NCBI GenBank assembly: GCA_965223345.1
Contig: CBDCWG010000012.1
Location: 1,120,001 to 1,184,000 of the forward strand
Direction: 5' to 3'
DNA: 64,000 nt
Source: Nitrospinales bacterium
GTDB taxonomy: Bacteria; Nitrospinota; Nitrospinia; Nitrospinales; VA-1
The first letter of the stretch is position 1. Each line of letters begins with the position of its first letter. Made by a program: the position numbers and the translations under genes. Shown one piece after another: positions 8,581-17,084 of this stretch. The notes under the pieces were generated by a model. It was not told the origin of the DNA, made no database searches, and saw only the letters and a list, made by a program, of their open reading frames with translations.

Positions 8581-10356
8581 ATGCCGGGTAAAAGGCTTCT
8601 GTGGCAGTTGTATCCCACCTATCTGTTGATCACCCTCGCCGCTCTCGTCGCGGTCGGCTGGTATTCCATCGAATCCCTGAAAGAATTCTACTACGACCGC
8701 ACGCGCGCGGATCTCAAGGCGCGGGCGCGCCTGGTGGTGCACCAGGTGCAGGCCGATTTCACCGCGGGAAATTTTAAAGAGCACGTCGCCCTCACCCGGG
8801 AGCTGGGTTCGCACGGTTCCATGCGCGTTACGCTCATGCTGGCTTCCGGAACCGTGCTGGGGGATTCGCATGAAGACCCCTCCCGCATGGACAACCACGC
8901 GTCCCGGCCCGAGATGCAGGAAGCACTCGCAGGCCGGACCGGCACCTCCATTCGCTTCAGCAACACGCTCAAGCAAAAAATGCTTTACCTCGCGGTTCCG
9001 GTGCTCGACCGGGTCAACGTGGTGGGCGTGGTGCGGACGTCGATGGCCACCGAATTCATCGACCGGGAGCTGGAGTCCATCGAGATGCGGATCGCCCTGG
9101 GCGGTCTGCTGGTGGCGTTGCTGGCGGCGGGGCTCAGTTACGCGGTGTCGCGGCGGATCAGCCGGCCGCTGGAAGCCATGACGCGGCTGGCGGGCAAGTA
9201 CGCGAAAGGCGATCTGTCCCGCCGGGTGGATGCGGCCCAGACCCTGGAGATCGACGATCTCGGAGCCGCCCTGAACCAGATGGCGCGGCAGCTGGACGAG
9301 CGCATCCGCACGGTCACCGCCGAACGCAACGAGCGCGAGGCGATGCTGTTCAGCATGATGGAAGGCGTGCTCGCCGTCGATGCGGAGGAGCGCTTCATTA
9401 GCATGAACCAGGCGGCGGCGAAGCTGATCGGAGCGGATCCGGGAGACTTTCACGGGCGGCATTTGCAGGAAGTGGTGCGGAACACGGACCTCAAGCAGTT
9501 CGTGCGCAAGGCCCTGAATAGCCGCGAGGTGGTGGAGACGGACATCGTCCTGGCCAGCGCCGAGGAATTCTGCCTGCAGGCGCGGGGGACGGTTCTGAAA
9601 GATGAAAAGGACCGCTCCATCGGCGCGGTGATCGTGCTCAATGATGTCACGCGGCTGCGCCGGCTGGAAAACATCCGCAAGGATTTCGTCGCCAACGTGT
9701 CGCACGAATTGAAAACCCCCATCACCGCCATTCAGGGATTCGTGGAAACGCTGCAGGAAGGCGCGATCCACGATCCCAAGAATGCGGCCTCGTTTCTCGA
9801 CATCATCTCCCGGCAGGTGGACCGGCTCAACGCCATCATCGAAGACCTGTTGAGCCTGTCGCGTCTGGAGCAGGACCCGGAACAATCGGAAATCGTGTTC
9901 GAGGAGGTGCGGCTGAAAGGCCTGATCGACGCCGCCGTGCAGGCCTGCCAGTCCAAAGCGGAAAAGCACAACACGCGCATCGAGGTGGCCTGCGATGATG
10001 CGCTGCGCGCCCCCCGCGTCAACTGGCCGCTGCTGGAGCAGGCGGTCGTCAATCTGGTGGACAACGCGATCAAGTACAGCGAGCCGGGATCGCGGGTCGA
10101 GGTGTCTGCGCGCAAAGAAGAAGCGGAGCTTGTGATCCGGGTTCAGGACGAAGGCCGGGGCATCGGCATCGAGCACCTGCCGCGGATCTTCGAGCGGTTT
10201 TACCGGGTGGACAAGGCCCGCAGCCGGGAAATGGGCGGCACCGGGCTGGGGCTCTCCATCGTCAAGCACATCGCCCAGGTGCACAAAGGCTCGGTGAACG
10301 TGCAGAGCGCCCTGGGAAAAGGCAGCACGTTCTCCATCCACCTGCCCCTGGGCTGA
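8581..10356 (+). CDS. phoR: Phosphate sensor histidine kinase PhoR (TM-Cache-TM-HAMP-PAS-HK)
   Basis: MDNHASRPE, DFVANVSHELKTP and FERFYRVDKARSREMGGTGLGL motifs. Confidence 0.9.
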   Translation: MPGKRLLWQLYPTYLLITLAALVAVGWYSIESLKEFYYDRTRADLKARARLVVHQVQADFTAGNFKEHVALTRELGSHGSMRVTLMLASGTVLGDSHEDPSRMDNHASRPEMQEALAGRTGTSIRFSNTLKQKMLYLAVPVLDRVNVVGVVRTSMATEFIDRELESIEMRIALGGLLVALLAAGLSYAVSRRISRPLEAMTRLAGKYAKGDLSRRVDAAQTLEIDDLGAALNQMARQLDERIRTVTAERNEREAMLFSMMEGVLAVDAEERFISMNQAAAKLIGADPGDFHGRHLQEVVRNTDLKQFVRKALNSREVVETDIVLASAEEFCLQARGTVLKDEKDRSIGAVIVLNDVTRLRRLENIRKDFVANVSHELKTPITAIQGFVETLQEGAIHDPKNAASFLDIISRQVDRLNAIIEDLLSLSRLEQDPEQSEIVFEEVRLKGLIDAAVQACQSKAEKHNTRIEVACDDALRAPRVNWPLLEQAVVNLVDNAIKYSEPGSRVEVSARKEEAELVIRVQDEGRGIGIEHLPRIFERFYRVDKARSREMGGTGLGLSIVKHIAQVHKGSVNVQSALGKGSTFSIHLPLG

Positions 10357-10370
10357 CCCTTGCCGATTTT

Positions 10371-10395
10371 CCGGCGTTCCCGCGCCGGTTTTTTT
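10371..10395 (+). terminator. Rho-independent terminator after phoR
   Basis: CCGGCG-ttcccg-CGCCGG followed by T7. Confidence 0.7.
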
Positions 10396-10422
10396 CCTTT
10401 TCCAACCTCACAGAGCCGGAAC

Positions 10423-10483
10423 TTGACAACTCGTTATATTTTTTGCTATATAACTGAAGATCGCTATATACCGAAAAATATAG
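10423..10483 (+). promoter_or_regulatory. modABC sigma70 promoter overlapped by two ModE-type boxes
   Basis: TTGACA at 10423. CGTTATAT-N7-TATATAAC at 10432-10454 and ATCGCTATAT-N7-AATATAG at 10460-10483 fit the ModE TATAT-N7-TAYAT pattern. Confidence 0.8.
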
Positions 10484-10522
10484 GGCCCCGGTCGTCGAGC
10501 GGGAAGCCCGTGAGGAGGGTGC

Positions 10523-11302
10523 ATGACGCTGCGAATGGGGGGCGAACGGGGGACCCGTTGGGGCCTTTTTTTTATCGCCTGCCTGCTGTTTCCCGGCCGT
10601 GCGGGGGCGGCGGAGGTGAACGCCGCCGTGGCCGCGAATTTTCTGCTGCCGCTGCAGTCGATCGCGCCGGCATTCGAGCAGGAAACCGGGCACCGGCTGC
10701 GCATCGTTTCCGGATCGACCGGAAAGCTGTACGCGCAGATCAAGCAGGCGGCCCCGTACGATGTGTTTTTGGCAGCAGACGCCCGGCGTCCGCAGCTGCT
10801 GGTGCAGGAAGGGCAGGCGGTGTCCGGATCGCGCTTCACCTATGCGGTGGGGCGTCTGGTGTTGTGGAGCGCGGACGCGTCCCTCGTTTCCGGGGGGGCG
10901 GAACGGACGCTGAAAAATGCGGCCTTCCGGCATCTGGCGATCGCCAATCCCAAAACCGCGCCTTACGGCCGGGCCGCCCAGGAAGCGCTGGCCAAGCTGG
11001 GGTTGTGGGAAACCCTGCGGCCGCGTCTGGTGCGCGGGGAAAACATCGGCCAGACCTTTCAGTTTGTGGTATCCGGAAATGCAGAGCTGGGGTTTGTGTC
11101 CCTGTCGCAGGTCCACTCGGGCAAATTCGCCAATGCGGGCAGCCGCTGGGCGGTGCCGCCGGATTGGCACGCCCCGCTGTTGCAGGATGCGGTGCTGCTC
11201 GCGCGCGCCGAAGACAACCCCGCCGCTCAGGCCCTGCTGCGGTTTCTAAAAAGTCCCGCAGCGAAAAAGCGCATCGCCGCATTCGGCTACGGGTTCGAAT
11301 GA
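10523..11302 (+). CDS. modA: Molybdate ABC transporter substrate-binding protein
   Basis: Signal peptide; AVAAN, GSTGKLYAQI, IANPKTAPYGRAA and GENIGQ motifs. Confidence 0.95.
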   Translation: MTLRMGGERGTRWGLFFIACLLFPGRAGAAEVNAAVAANFLLPLQSIAPAFEQETGHRLRIVSGSTGKLYAQIKQAAPYDVFLAADARRPQLLVQEGQAVSGSRFTYAVGRLVLWSADASLVSGGAERTLKNAAFRHLAIANPKTAPYGRAAQEALAKLGLWETLRPRLVRGENIGQTFQFVVSGNAELGFVSLSQVHSGKFANAGSRWAVPPDWHAPLLQDAVLLARAEDNPAAQALLRFLKSPAAKKRIAAFGYGFE

Positions 11303-11342
11303 ACAGGACGAAGGGATGGTTTTTGAGGATGGAATTGGAACG

Positions 11343-12047
11343 ATGGAAATGACGACCTCTTTTTTGGAAGCGTGGACCGATTTGGATGCGGCGCCGATCT
11401 GGCTGACCCTTAAGCTGGCGGCGGCCACGGTGGCCGTGCTGCTGGTGCTGGGAACGCCTCTGGCCTGGTGGCTGGCGCACACCCGGTCGCGGCTGCGCAC
11501 CGCCATCGAAGCGGTGGTGGCCCTGCCGCTGGTGCTGCCGCCGACGGTGCTGGGGTTTTACCTGCTGATCGCGCTGGGGCCCAGCGGTTTCATCGGCGGC
11601 GCGGCGCAGGCAGTCACGGGTTCGCCGTTGTCGTTCACCTTCACGGGGCTGGTGATCGCTTCCACGTTGTACTCGCTGCCGTTTGTGGTGCAGCCGCTGC
11701 ACGCGGCGTTCGAAGCGGTGGGGAAAAAACCGCTGGAAACGGCGTGGACGCTCGGCGCGTCGCGCTGGGACGCATTCGTCTCGGTCGCCTCGCCGCTGGC
11801 GCTGCGCGGTTACATCACCGCAGCGGTGCTGGGGTTCGCGCACACGCTGGGCGAGTTCGGCGTGGTGCTGATGGTGGGCGGCAACATTCCCGGCAAGACG
11901 CGGGTGATTTCCATCGCCATCTACGACCGGGTCGAGGTGCTGGAGTACACGCAGGCGCACCTGTTGTCGGCGGGGCTGCTGGTTTTTTCATTCGCGGTGC
12001 TGTGGATCGTGTACGCGATCAACCGCCGGCTTCCCATCCACGTCTGA
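11343..12047 (+). CDS. modB: Molybdate ABC transporter permease
   Basis: LPLVLPPTVLGFYLL and FAHTLGEFGVVLMVGGNIPG motifs. Start uncertain (11316/11343/11349). Confidence 0.95.
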   Translation: MEMTTSFLEAWTDLDAAPIWLTLKLAAATVAVLLVLGTPLAWWLAHTRSRLRTAIEAVVALPLVLPPTVLGFYLLIALGPSGFIGGAAQAVTGSPLSFTFTGLVIASTLYSLPFVVQPLHAAFEAVGKKPLETAWTLGASRWDAFVSVASPLALRGYITAAVLGFAHTLGEFGVVLMVGGNIPGKTRVISIAIYDRVEVLEYTQAHLLSAGLLVFSFAVLWIVYAINRRLPIHV

Positions 12048-13156
12048 TGTCCCGCCTGCGCGCCGTCTTCAAGGTGGATTACGGCCGTTTCGATCTCGAC
12101 GTGGACCTGGAGCTGCCGGGGCAGGGCGTCACCGTGTTGTTCGGCCCCTCGGGTTCGGGCAAGACCACGCTGCTGCGCTGCCTGGCCGGTCTGGAGCGTT
12201 CGCCTAAGGGCACCCTGCGCATGGGCGACGCCGTCTGGCAGGACGCGGCGAACGGCGTGTTCGTCGCGCCGCAGGACCGGCCGCTGGCGATGGTGTTTCA
12301 GGAGCACCGCCTGTTTCCGCACCTGAACGTGCACTCCAACCTGCTGTATGGGTGGAAGCGGACGCCGCCCGGCGAGCGGTGCGTGGACATCGACACGGTG
12401 GTGGACATCCTCGATCTCAAACCGCTGCTCGCACGGCGGCCGCGGTCTCTGTCCGGCGGCGAAGGGCAGCGGGTCGCCATCGGGCGCGCGCTGCTGCGCA
12501 GTCCGCGGCTGTTGCTGATGGACGAACCGCTCGCCTCGCTCGACGCGGTGCGCAAGCGCGAAATCCTGCCCTACATCCGGCGTCTGCAGCAGGCGCTCGA
12601 CCTTCCCATTCTCTACGTCAGCCATTCGATTTCCGAAGTGCTGCAACTGGTGGACACGATGGTGCTGCTCAAGGCGGGACGCGTGGCGGCTTGCGGCCCG
12701 GTGGAATCGGTGTTCTCCCGGCTGGGCCTGCGCGAAAGCCTGGACCCGGCGCTGGTGGGGGCGGTGCTCGACACGCAGATCGAGGCGCACGAGCCGGAGT
12801 TCGGTCTCACGCGGCTCAAGTTCGGGGATCGGGTGCTGTACGTTCCGCACCAGTCCGGTGAGCCCGGAGACGCGCTGCGGCTGCACCTGCACGCCAGCGA
12901 TGTGAGCCTGGTCCTCACCCCGCCCGAAGGACAAACCAGCGTGCTCAATGTTTTGCCGGCGCGGGTGCTGGAAGTGGGACCGCTCGATACAGCGGGATTC
13001 TCGGTGGACATCCGGCTGGATGTGGGGCAGCCCATCCTCGCGAGCATCACGCGCAAATCGCTCGACCGTTTGCAACTGAAGGCGGGGCAGACGGTGTACG
13101 CGCAGATCAAGGCCCTCAAGACCGTGCACGATGCAGAAGAAAGGATCTGGGAATGA
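12047..13156 (+). CDS. modC: Molybdate ABC transporter ATP-binding protein
   Basis: ATG overlaps the mod[26 protein letters not shown] and a C-terminal Mop/TOBE domain. Confidence 0.95.
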   Translation: MSRLRAVFKVDYGRFDLDVDLELPGQGVTVLFGPSGSGKTTLLRCLAGLERSPKGTLRMGDAVWQDAANGVFVAPQDRPLAMVFQEHRLFPHLNVHSNLLYGWKRTPPGERCVDIDTVVDILDLKPLLARRPRSLSGGEGQRVAIGRALLRSPRLLLMDEPLASLDAVRKREILPYIRRLQQALDLPILYVSHSISEVLQLVDTMVLLKAGRVAACGPVESVFSRLGLRESLDPALVGAVLDTQIEAHEPEFGLTRLKFGDRVLYVPHQSGEPGDALRLHLHASDVSLVLTPPEGQTSVLNVLPARVLEVGPLDTAGFSVDIRLDVGQPILASITRKSLDRLQLKAGQTVYAQIKALKTVHDAEERIWE

Positions 13157-13220
13157 GAACACCGATCGCAGATCTTGTTTTCATGACGTGCGGTACAAAC
13201 CAAAACGGAAGGGATGCGGC

Positions 13221-14489
13221 ATGAATCGCACTGTGAAGGCACTCATCTTTGGGTTATTGATTTTATTTGCATTTAGCTTTTTCCCGGTTGCTCAAAGCAG
13301 TGCGGAGTCCTCTGAAGAAACGCGGCAGCGCCTGGAGGTTCTGGAAAAAAAATGGCAAGAGCGGGAAAACGACCTACGGGTCTATTTCAAAGACGGCCTC
13401 AAGATCGTGTCTCCCGATAAAAAGTTTCAATACCAGATCGGCGGCCGCATCCAGACCGACGTGGCGTTTTACGCCTCGGGTTCTTCCGCCGACCGGCCGG
13501 AAAACGGCGCGGAGTTCCGGCGCGCCCGGCTTTTCCTGGCGGGCATTCTGTACCGGCGCATCCAGTTCAAGGCGCAGTTCGATTTTGCCGGCCAGACGAG
13601 CTTCAAGGATGTGTACATCGGGGTGACCGAACTGCCGCTGGTGGGGAATTTTATCGCCGGTCATTTCCGCGAACCGTTCTCTCTGGAAGAGATGATCAGC
13701 AGCAAGTACGACACGTTCATGGAGGATTCCCTGATGAACGCGCTGATTCCCGGGCGCAACCTGGGGCTGGCGTTTTACGGTTCGGCGCTGCAAGGGCGGG
13801 CGACGTGGGCGATCGGGCTGTTCCGCCCCACCGGGGAAAACCCGCCGCGCATCGAGAGCGACGACGGCGCCAACCTGACCCTGCGCCTCACGGGGGTTCC
13901 CTGGCAACAGGATGCAGGGCGGCTTGTGCATCTGGGCCTTTCCTACAGCTACAGCACGCCCTCCGAATCGACGTTTCAGTTTGACTCCAGGCCGGAATCC
14001 AATCTGGCCGATAATTTTCTTGATACCGGGGGCGTTTCGGCCGAAAATGCCCATCGTTTCGGCTTCGAAACGGCGGCGGTCTGGGAATCGCTGCACGTGG
14101 CAGCGGAATACACCTTCCTGACCGTTCAGCGGCCTGCCGGACTTTCCGACGTGGATCTCAAGGGCGGTTACGTATCGGCCGGTTACTTTCTCACCGGTGA
14201 GCGCCGCCCCTACAAGAGCGGGGTGTTTCGCCGCGTGGTCCCGCGCCGCAACGTGTTCGAGGGAGGCCGCGGAGCCTGGGAACTGGCGCTGCGCTACTCC
14301 TTTCTCGATTTGAACGACGCCACGGTGCGCGGCGGGGAGGAAGAGGATGTCACCGCTGCTCTCAACTGGTATCTGAACCCCCACACCCGGGCGATGTTCA
14401 ATTACGTCCTCGCGGACATCGAAGGAGCGGGTGGCGCGGATTTCCAACCCCTGCATGTGTTTCAGCTGCGTTTTCAGATCGATTTTTAA
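13221..14489 (+). CDS. OprO/OprP-family anion-selective porin
   Basis: Signal peptide and coiled coil; GGRIQTD, EFRRARL, YFLTGE, GAWELALRYS and LNWYLN motifs; C-terminal Phe. Confidence 0.9.
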   Translation: MNRTVKALIFGLLILFAFSFFPVAQSSAESSEETRQRLEVLEKKWQERENDLRVYFKDGLKIVSPDKKFQYQIGGRIQTDVAFYASGSSADRPENGAEFRRARLFLAGILYRRIQFKAQFDFAGQTSFKDVYIGVTELPLVGNFIAGHFREPFSLEEMISSKYDTFMEDSLMNALIPGRNLGLAFYGSALQGRATWAIGLFRPTGENPPRIESDDGANLTLRLTGVPWQQDAGRLVHLGLSYSYSTPSESTFQFDSRPESNLADNFLDTGGVSAENAHRFGFETAAVWESLHVAAEYTFLTVQRPAGLSDVDLKGGYVSAGYFLTGERRPYKSGVFRRVVPRRNVFEGGRGAWELALRYSFLDLNDATVRGGEEEDVTAALNWYLNPHTRAMFNYVLADIEGAGGADFQPLHVFQLRFQIDF

Positions 14490-14579
14490 CCCCTCGTGCC
14501 TGTACGGATGCAACCTCACCCCTGAGCCTGTCCAGTGCATTACTTTTCAATTATTTCCTCATCTCAGCAACACGCCCAA

Positions 14580-14633
14580 ATAATCTTCTCCTATTTGGTC
14601 CCTAATACTTCTCTAACAATCCATGCCTATTGT
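14580..14633 (+). promoter_or_regulatory. Four 11-bp-phased direct repeats (candidate Pho box array) plus -10
   Basis: ATAAT 14580, CTATT 14591, CTAAT 14602, CTAAC 14613, then TATTGT at 14628. Confidence 0.6.
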
Positions 14634-14715
14634 GGGCCAAAAAACAGAGAACATTTCAGGAGAAAAGGCTCCATAATCATGGGGATCACAGAACCAAACC
14701 GAGAGGAGAAAGGCA

Positions 14716-15894
14716 ATGGGAATGAGGGGTAAAACGATCTTATTGTTGGCATTCGTGAGCTGGGTCGTGCCGGGAACGGTGGCGGCGCAGATGTCGCAAA
14801 GCGAGTTGCGCCTGACCGCACTGGAGGAGCGGTTCGAGGCACAGCAGAAAAAGTTCAAGTGGCTGGAAAACTTCACACCCAAGGCGGATCTGAGACTGCG
14901 GCACGAGAGTCTGTTCCGCGAGGGCGACAACACCGCAAGCGCCAGCCGGAAATTCGACCGGCACCGGCAGCGGATCCGCTTTCGAATCGGCGGCAAGTAC
15001 CACTTCACCAAAAACATTCACGTGGGATTCCGTCTGGTGACGGGCGGAGACGATCCGGTCTCGACCAACCAGACGCTCGACAACACGTTCTCCACCAAGG
15101 GGTTCAACTTCGACCGCGGTTACGCCACCGGCAAATTCGGTTTCGGCGCTGTGGACCTCAAATTGACGGGCGGTAAATTCGCCAACCCCTTCGTGTGGTC
15201 GGAACTGCTGTGGGACGGCGACCTCAGCTTCGAGGGCGCGGCGGAGGAGTTGTCCACCAAATTCGGCAACACCAAGCTCAGCCTCATCCTCGGACAGTTC
15301 GTGGTCGAAGAAAACTCAGGCGGCAACGACGATCCGAACCTGATGGCGTATCAGGGGGTGATCGAGCAGAAGTTCGGCATGGGCAAGGCCAAGATCGGCA
15401 TCGGTTATTTCGATTACAACGCGCTCGCCGGCAACGCGGTGACCAACCCCCAGAAGGGCAACACGCTGGATGCGGCCGGGAACTTTGTGACGAATTATGA
15501 TATTTTCAACGTGATCGGGGAGGTCGGCCTCAAAACCGCGATCCCCGTCAAGCTGTTCGCGGAATACGCCACCAACACTGCCGGGCGGGCGGACAACCTG
15601 GAAAACGACGCCTGGCAGATCGGTGCCAAAGTCGGACATAAAATCAAGGACTTCGGCGACTGGCAGGTCAAGTACCTCTACCGGGAAACCGAGCGCGACG
15701 CGGTGCTGGATGCGTTCAACGACTCCGATTTTCATGAAGGCGGCACCAACTCCAAGGGCAGCGAGTTCGGTTTGAAGGTAGGGCTGCACAAGGGGATTTT
15801 GGCGAGCGTGTCCTACTTCATCACCGAAGAGATCACCGGCGGTAAGGACGATCTGGACCGCCTGCAGGTCGATCTGGTCTTCAAGCTGTTTTGA
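14716..15894 (+). CDS. Putative outer-membrane porin (Porin_5-like)
   Basis: Signal peptide; DLRLRHE, RHRQRIRFR, DPVSTNQT, DSDFHEGGTN and RLQVDL motifs; C-terminal Phe. Confidence 0.8.
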   Translation: MGMRGKTILLLAFVSWVVPGTVAAQMSQSELRLTALEERFEAQQKKFKWLENFTPKADLRLRHESLFREGDNTASASRKFDRHRQRIRFRIGGKYHFTKNIHVGFRLVTGGDDPVSTNQTLDNTFSTKGFNFDRGYATGKFGFGAVDLKLTGGKFANPFVWSELLWDGDLSFEGAAEELSTKFGNTKLSLILGQFVVEENSGGNDDPNLMAYQGVIEQKFGMGKAKIGIGYFDYNALAGNAVTNPQKGNTLDAAGNFVTNYDIFNVIGEVGLKTAIPVKLFAEYATNTAGRADNLENDAWQIGAKVGHKIKDFGDWQVKYLYRETERDAVLDAFNDSDFHEGGTNSKGSEFGLKVGLHKGILASVSYFITEEITGGKDDLDRLQVDLVFKLF

Positions 15895-15932
15895 CGCAAT
15901 CGGTTCCTCGCATGAGGAACGATTACCCTGGC

Positions 15933-15962
15933 CCGGAGACGCCGGGGGATCGGCGTCTCCGG
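15933..15962. repeat. Perfect 12-bp inverted repeat (hairpin) downstream of the porin
   Basis: CCGGAGACGCCG-ggggat-CGGCGTCTCCGG. A second hairpin lies at about 15898-15924. Confidence 0.8.
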
Positions 15963-16000
15963 CTCCTCCTCTCGATAGGGATTGAATCGATCCTAATCCA

Positions 16001-16052
16001 ATAACAAATTCTATTCAGACCTAATCAAGATCTAACACGGTCTGTGTAAAAG
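16001..16052 (+). promoter_or_regulatory. Candidate Pho box array upstream of pstS
   Basis: ATAAC 16001, CTATT 16011, CTAAT 16021, CTAAC 16032: the same ordered series as at 14580. Confidence 0.6.
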
Positions 16053-16085
16053 GATTAAAAATAACGTGCTGATAAGGAGCAAACC

Positions 16086-17081
16086 ATGTTAAAACAATGC
16101 GGCAAGACCCTCGTGTGTTTCTCCCTGCTGATGCTCTTCACGACGGCTCAGGCAGGAGCCGAAGCGATCAAAGTGGATCCCAACCTCTCCCCCTACGCCA
16201 AGGTCGGCGGCGTGAGCGGCAACCTTTCGAGTGTGGGATCCGACACGCTCAACAACCTCATGACGTTTTGGACGGAGAAATTCAAGGAGTTCTACCCGAA
16301 CGTCAACATCCAGGTGGAAGGCAAAGGTTCCTCCACCGCTCCGCCGGCGCTGATTTCCGCGACGGCGCAGTTGGGTCCCATGTCCCGGGCCATGAAAGGC
16401 AAGGAGCTGGATGCGTTCGAGAAAAAATTCGGTTACAAACCGACGCCGGTGCGCGTCGCCGTCGATGCGCTGGCGGTTTTCGTCAACAAGGACAATCCGA
16501 TAAAAGGCATGAACCTCAAGCAGGTGGATGCGCTGTTTTCCAAATCCGCCCGCCGCGGCCACAAGGACATCGAAACCTGGGGCGACCTGGGGCTGACCGG
16601 CGACTGGGCCAAGCGGCCGGTGAGCCTGTACGGCCGCAACTCCGCTTCCGGAACCTACGGATTTTTCAAAAAACGGGTGCTGAAAAAAGGCGACTACAAA
16701 GATGAAGTGAAAGAGCAGCCCGGTTCCGCTTCGGTGGTGCAGAGCATCAGCGTCGATCGTTTCGCGGCGGGTTACAGCGGCATCGGTTACCGCACCGCCA
16801 GCGTGCGCGCGCTGCCGCTGTCGGAAAAAGGTACGCAGTACGTCGCAGCGAACGCGGAAAATGCCCTTGCGGGCGACTACCCGCTGGCGCGCTTTCTCTA
16901 CATCTACGTCAACAAGGCTCCCGGAAAACCGCTCGATCCCCTGACCCAGGAGTTCCTCAAAATGATCCTTTCCAAAGAAGGACAGGAAGTGGTGGTCAAG
17001 GGAGGGTATTTCCCGATCGCCGATGCGATCGCCAAGGAGGACATCGCCATGCTCACCGGCGCCTCCAAGATGACCAATTAA
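16086..17081 (+). CDS. pstS: Phosphate ABC transporter substrate-binding protein
   Basis: [29 protein letters not shown] and YPLARFLY motifs; AAGGAG RBS. Confidence 0.95.
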   Translation: MLKQCGKTLVCFSLLMLFTTAQAGAEAIKVDPNLSPYAKVGGVSGNLSSVGSDTLNNLMTFWTEKFKEFYPNVNIQVEGKGSSTAPPALISATAQLGPMSRAMKGKELDAFEKKFGYKPTPVRVAVDALAVFVNKDNPIKGMNLKQVDALFSKSARRGHKDIETWGDLGLTGDWAKRPVSLYGRNSASGTYGFFKKRVLKKGDYKDEVKEQPGSASVVQSISVDRFAAGYSGIGYRTASVRALPLSEKGTQYVAANAENALAGDYPLARFLYIYVNKAPGKPLDPLTQEFLKMILSKEGQEVVVKGGYFPIADAIAKEDIAMLTGASKMTN

Positions 17082-17084
17082 ACC

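Noticed and set aside
11468..12046. N-terminal extension of ModC in the ORF track (likewise PstA 19166, Grx 35553, DUF1566 23908, FlgC 47882)
   Set aside because: The extensions overlap upstream genes or promoters. Downstream ATGs with stop/start coupling or family-typical N-termini fit better.
15898..15962. Twin hairpins as a riboswitch or ncRNA
   Set aside because: No recognisable aptamer motif. They lie upstream of the predicted pstS promoter and are most simply 3' stabiliser/terminator structures of the porin mRNA.
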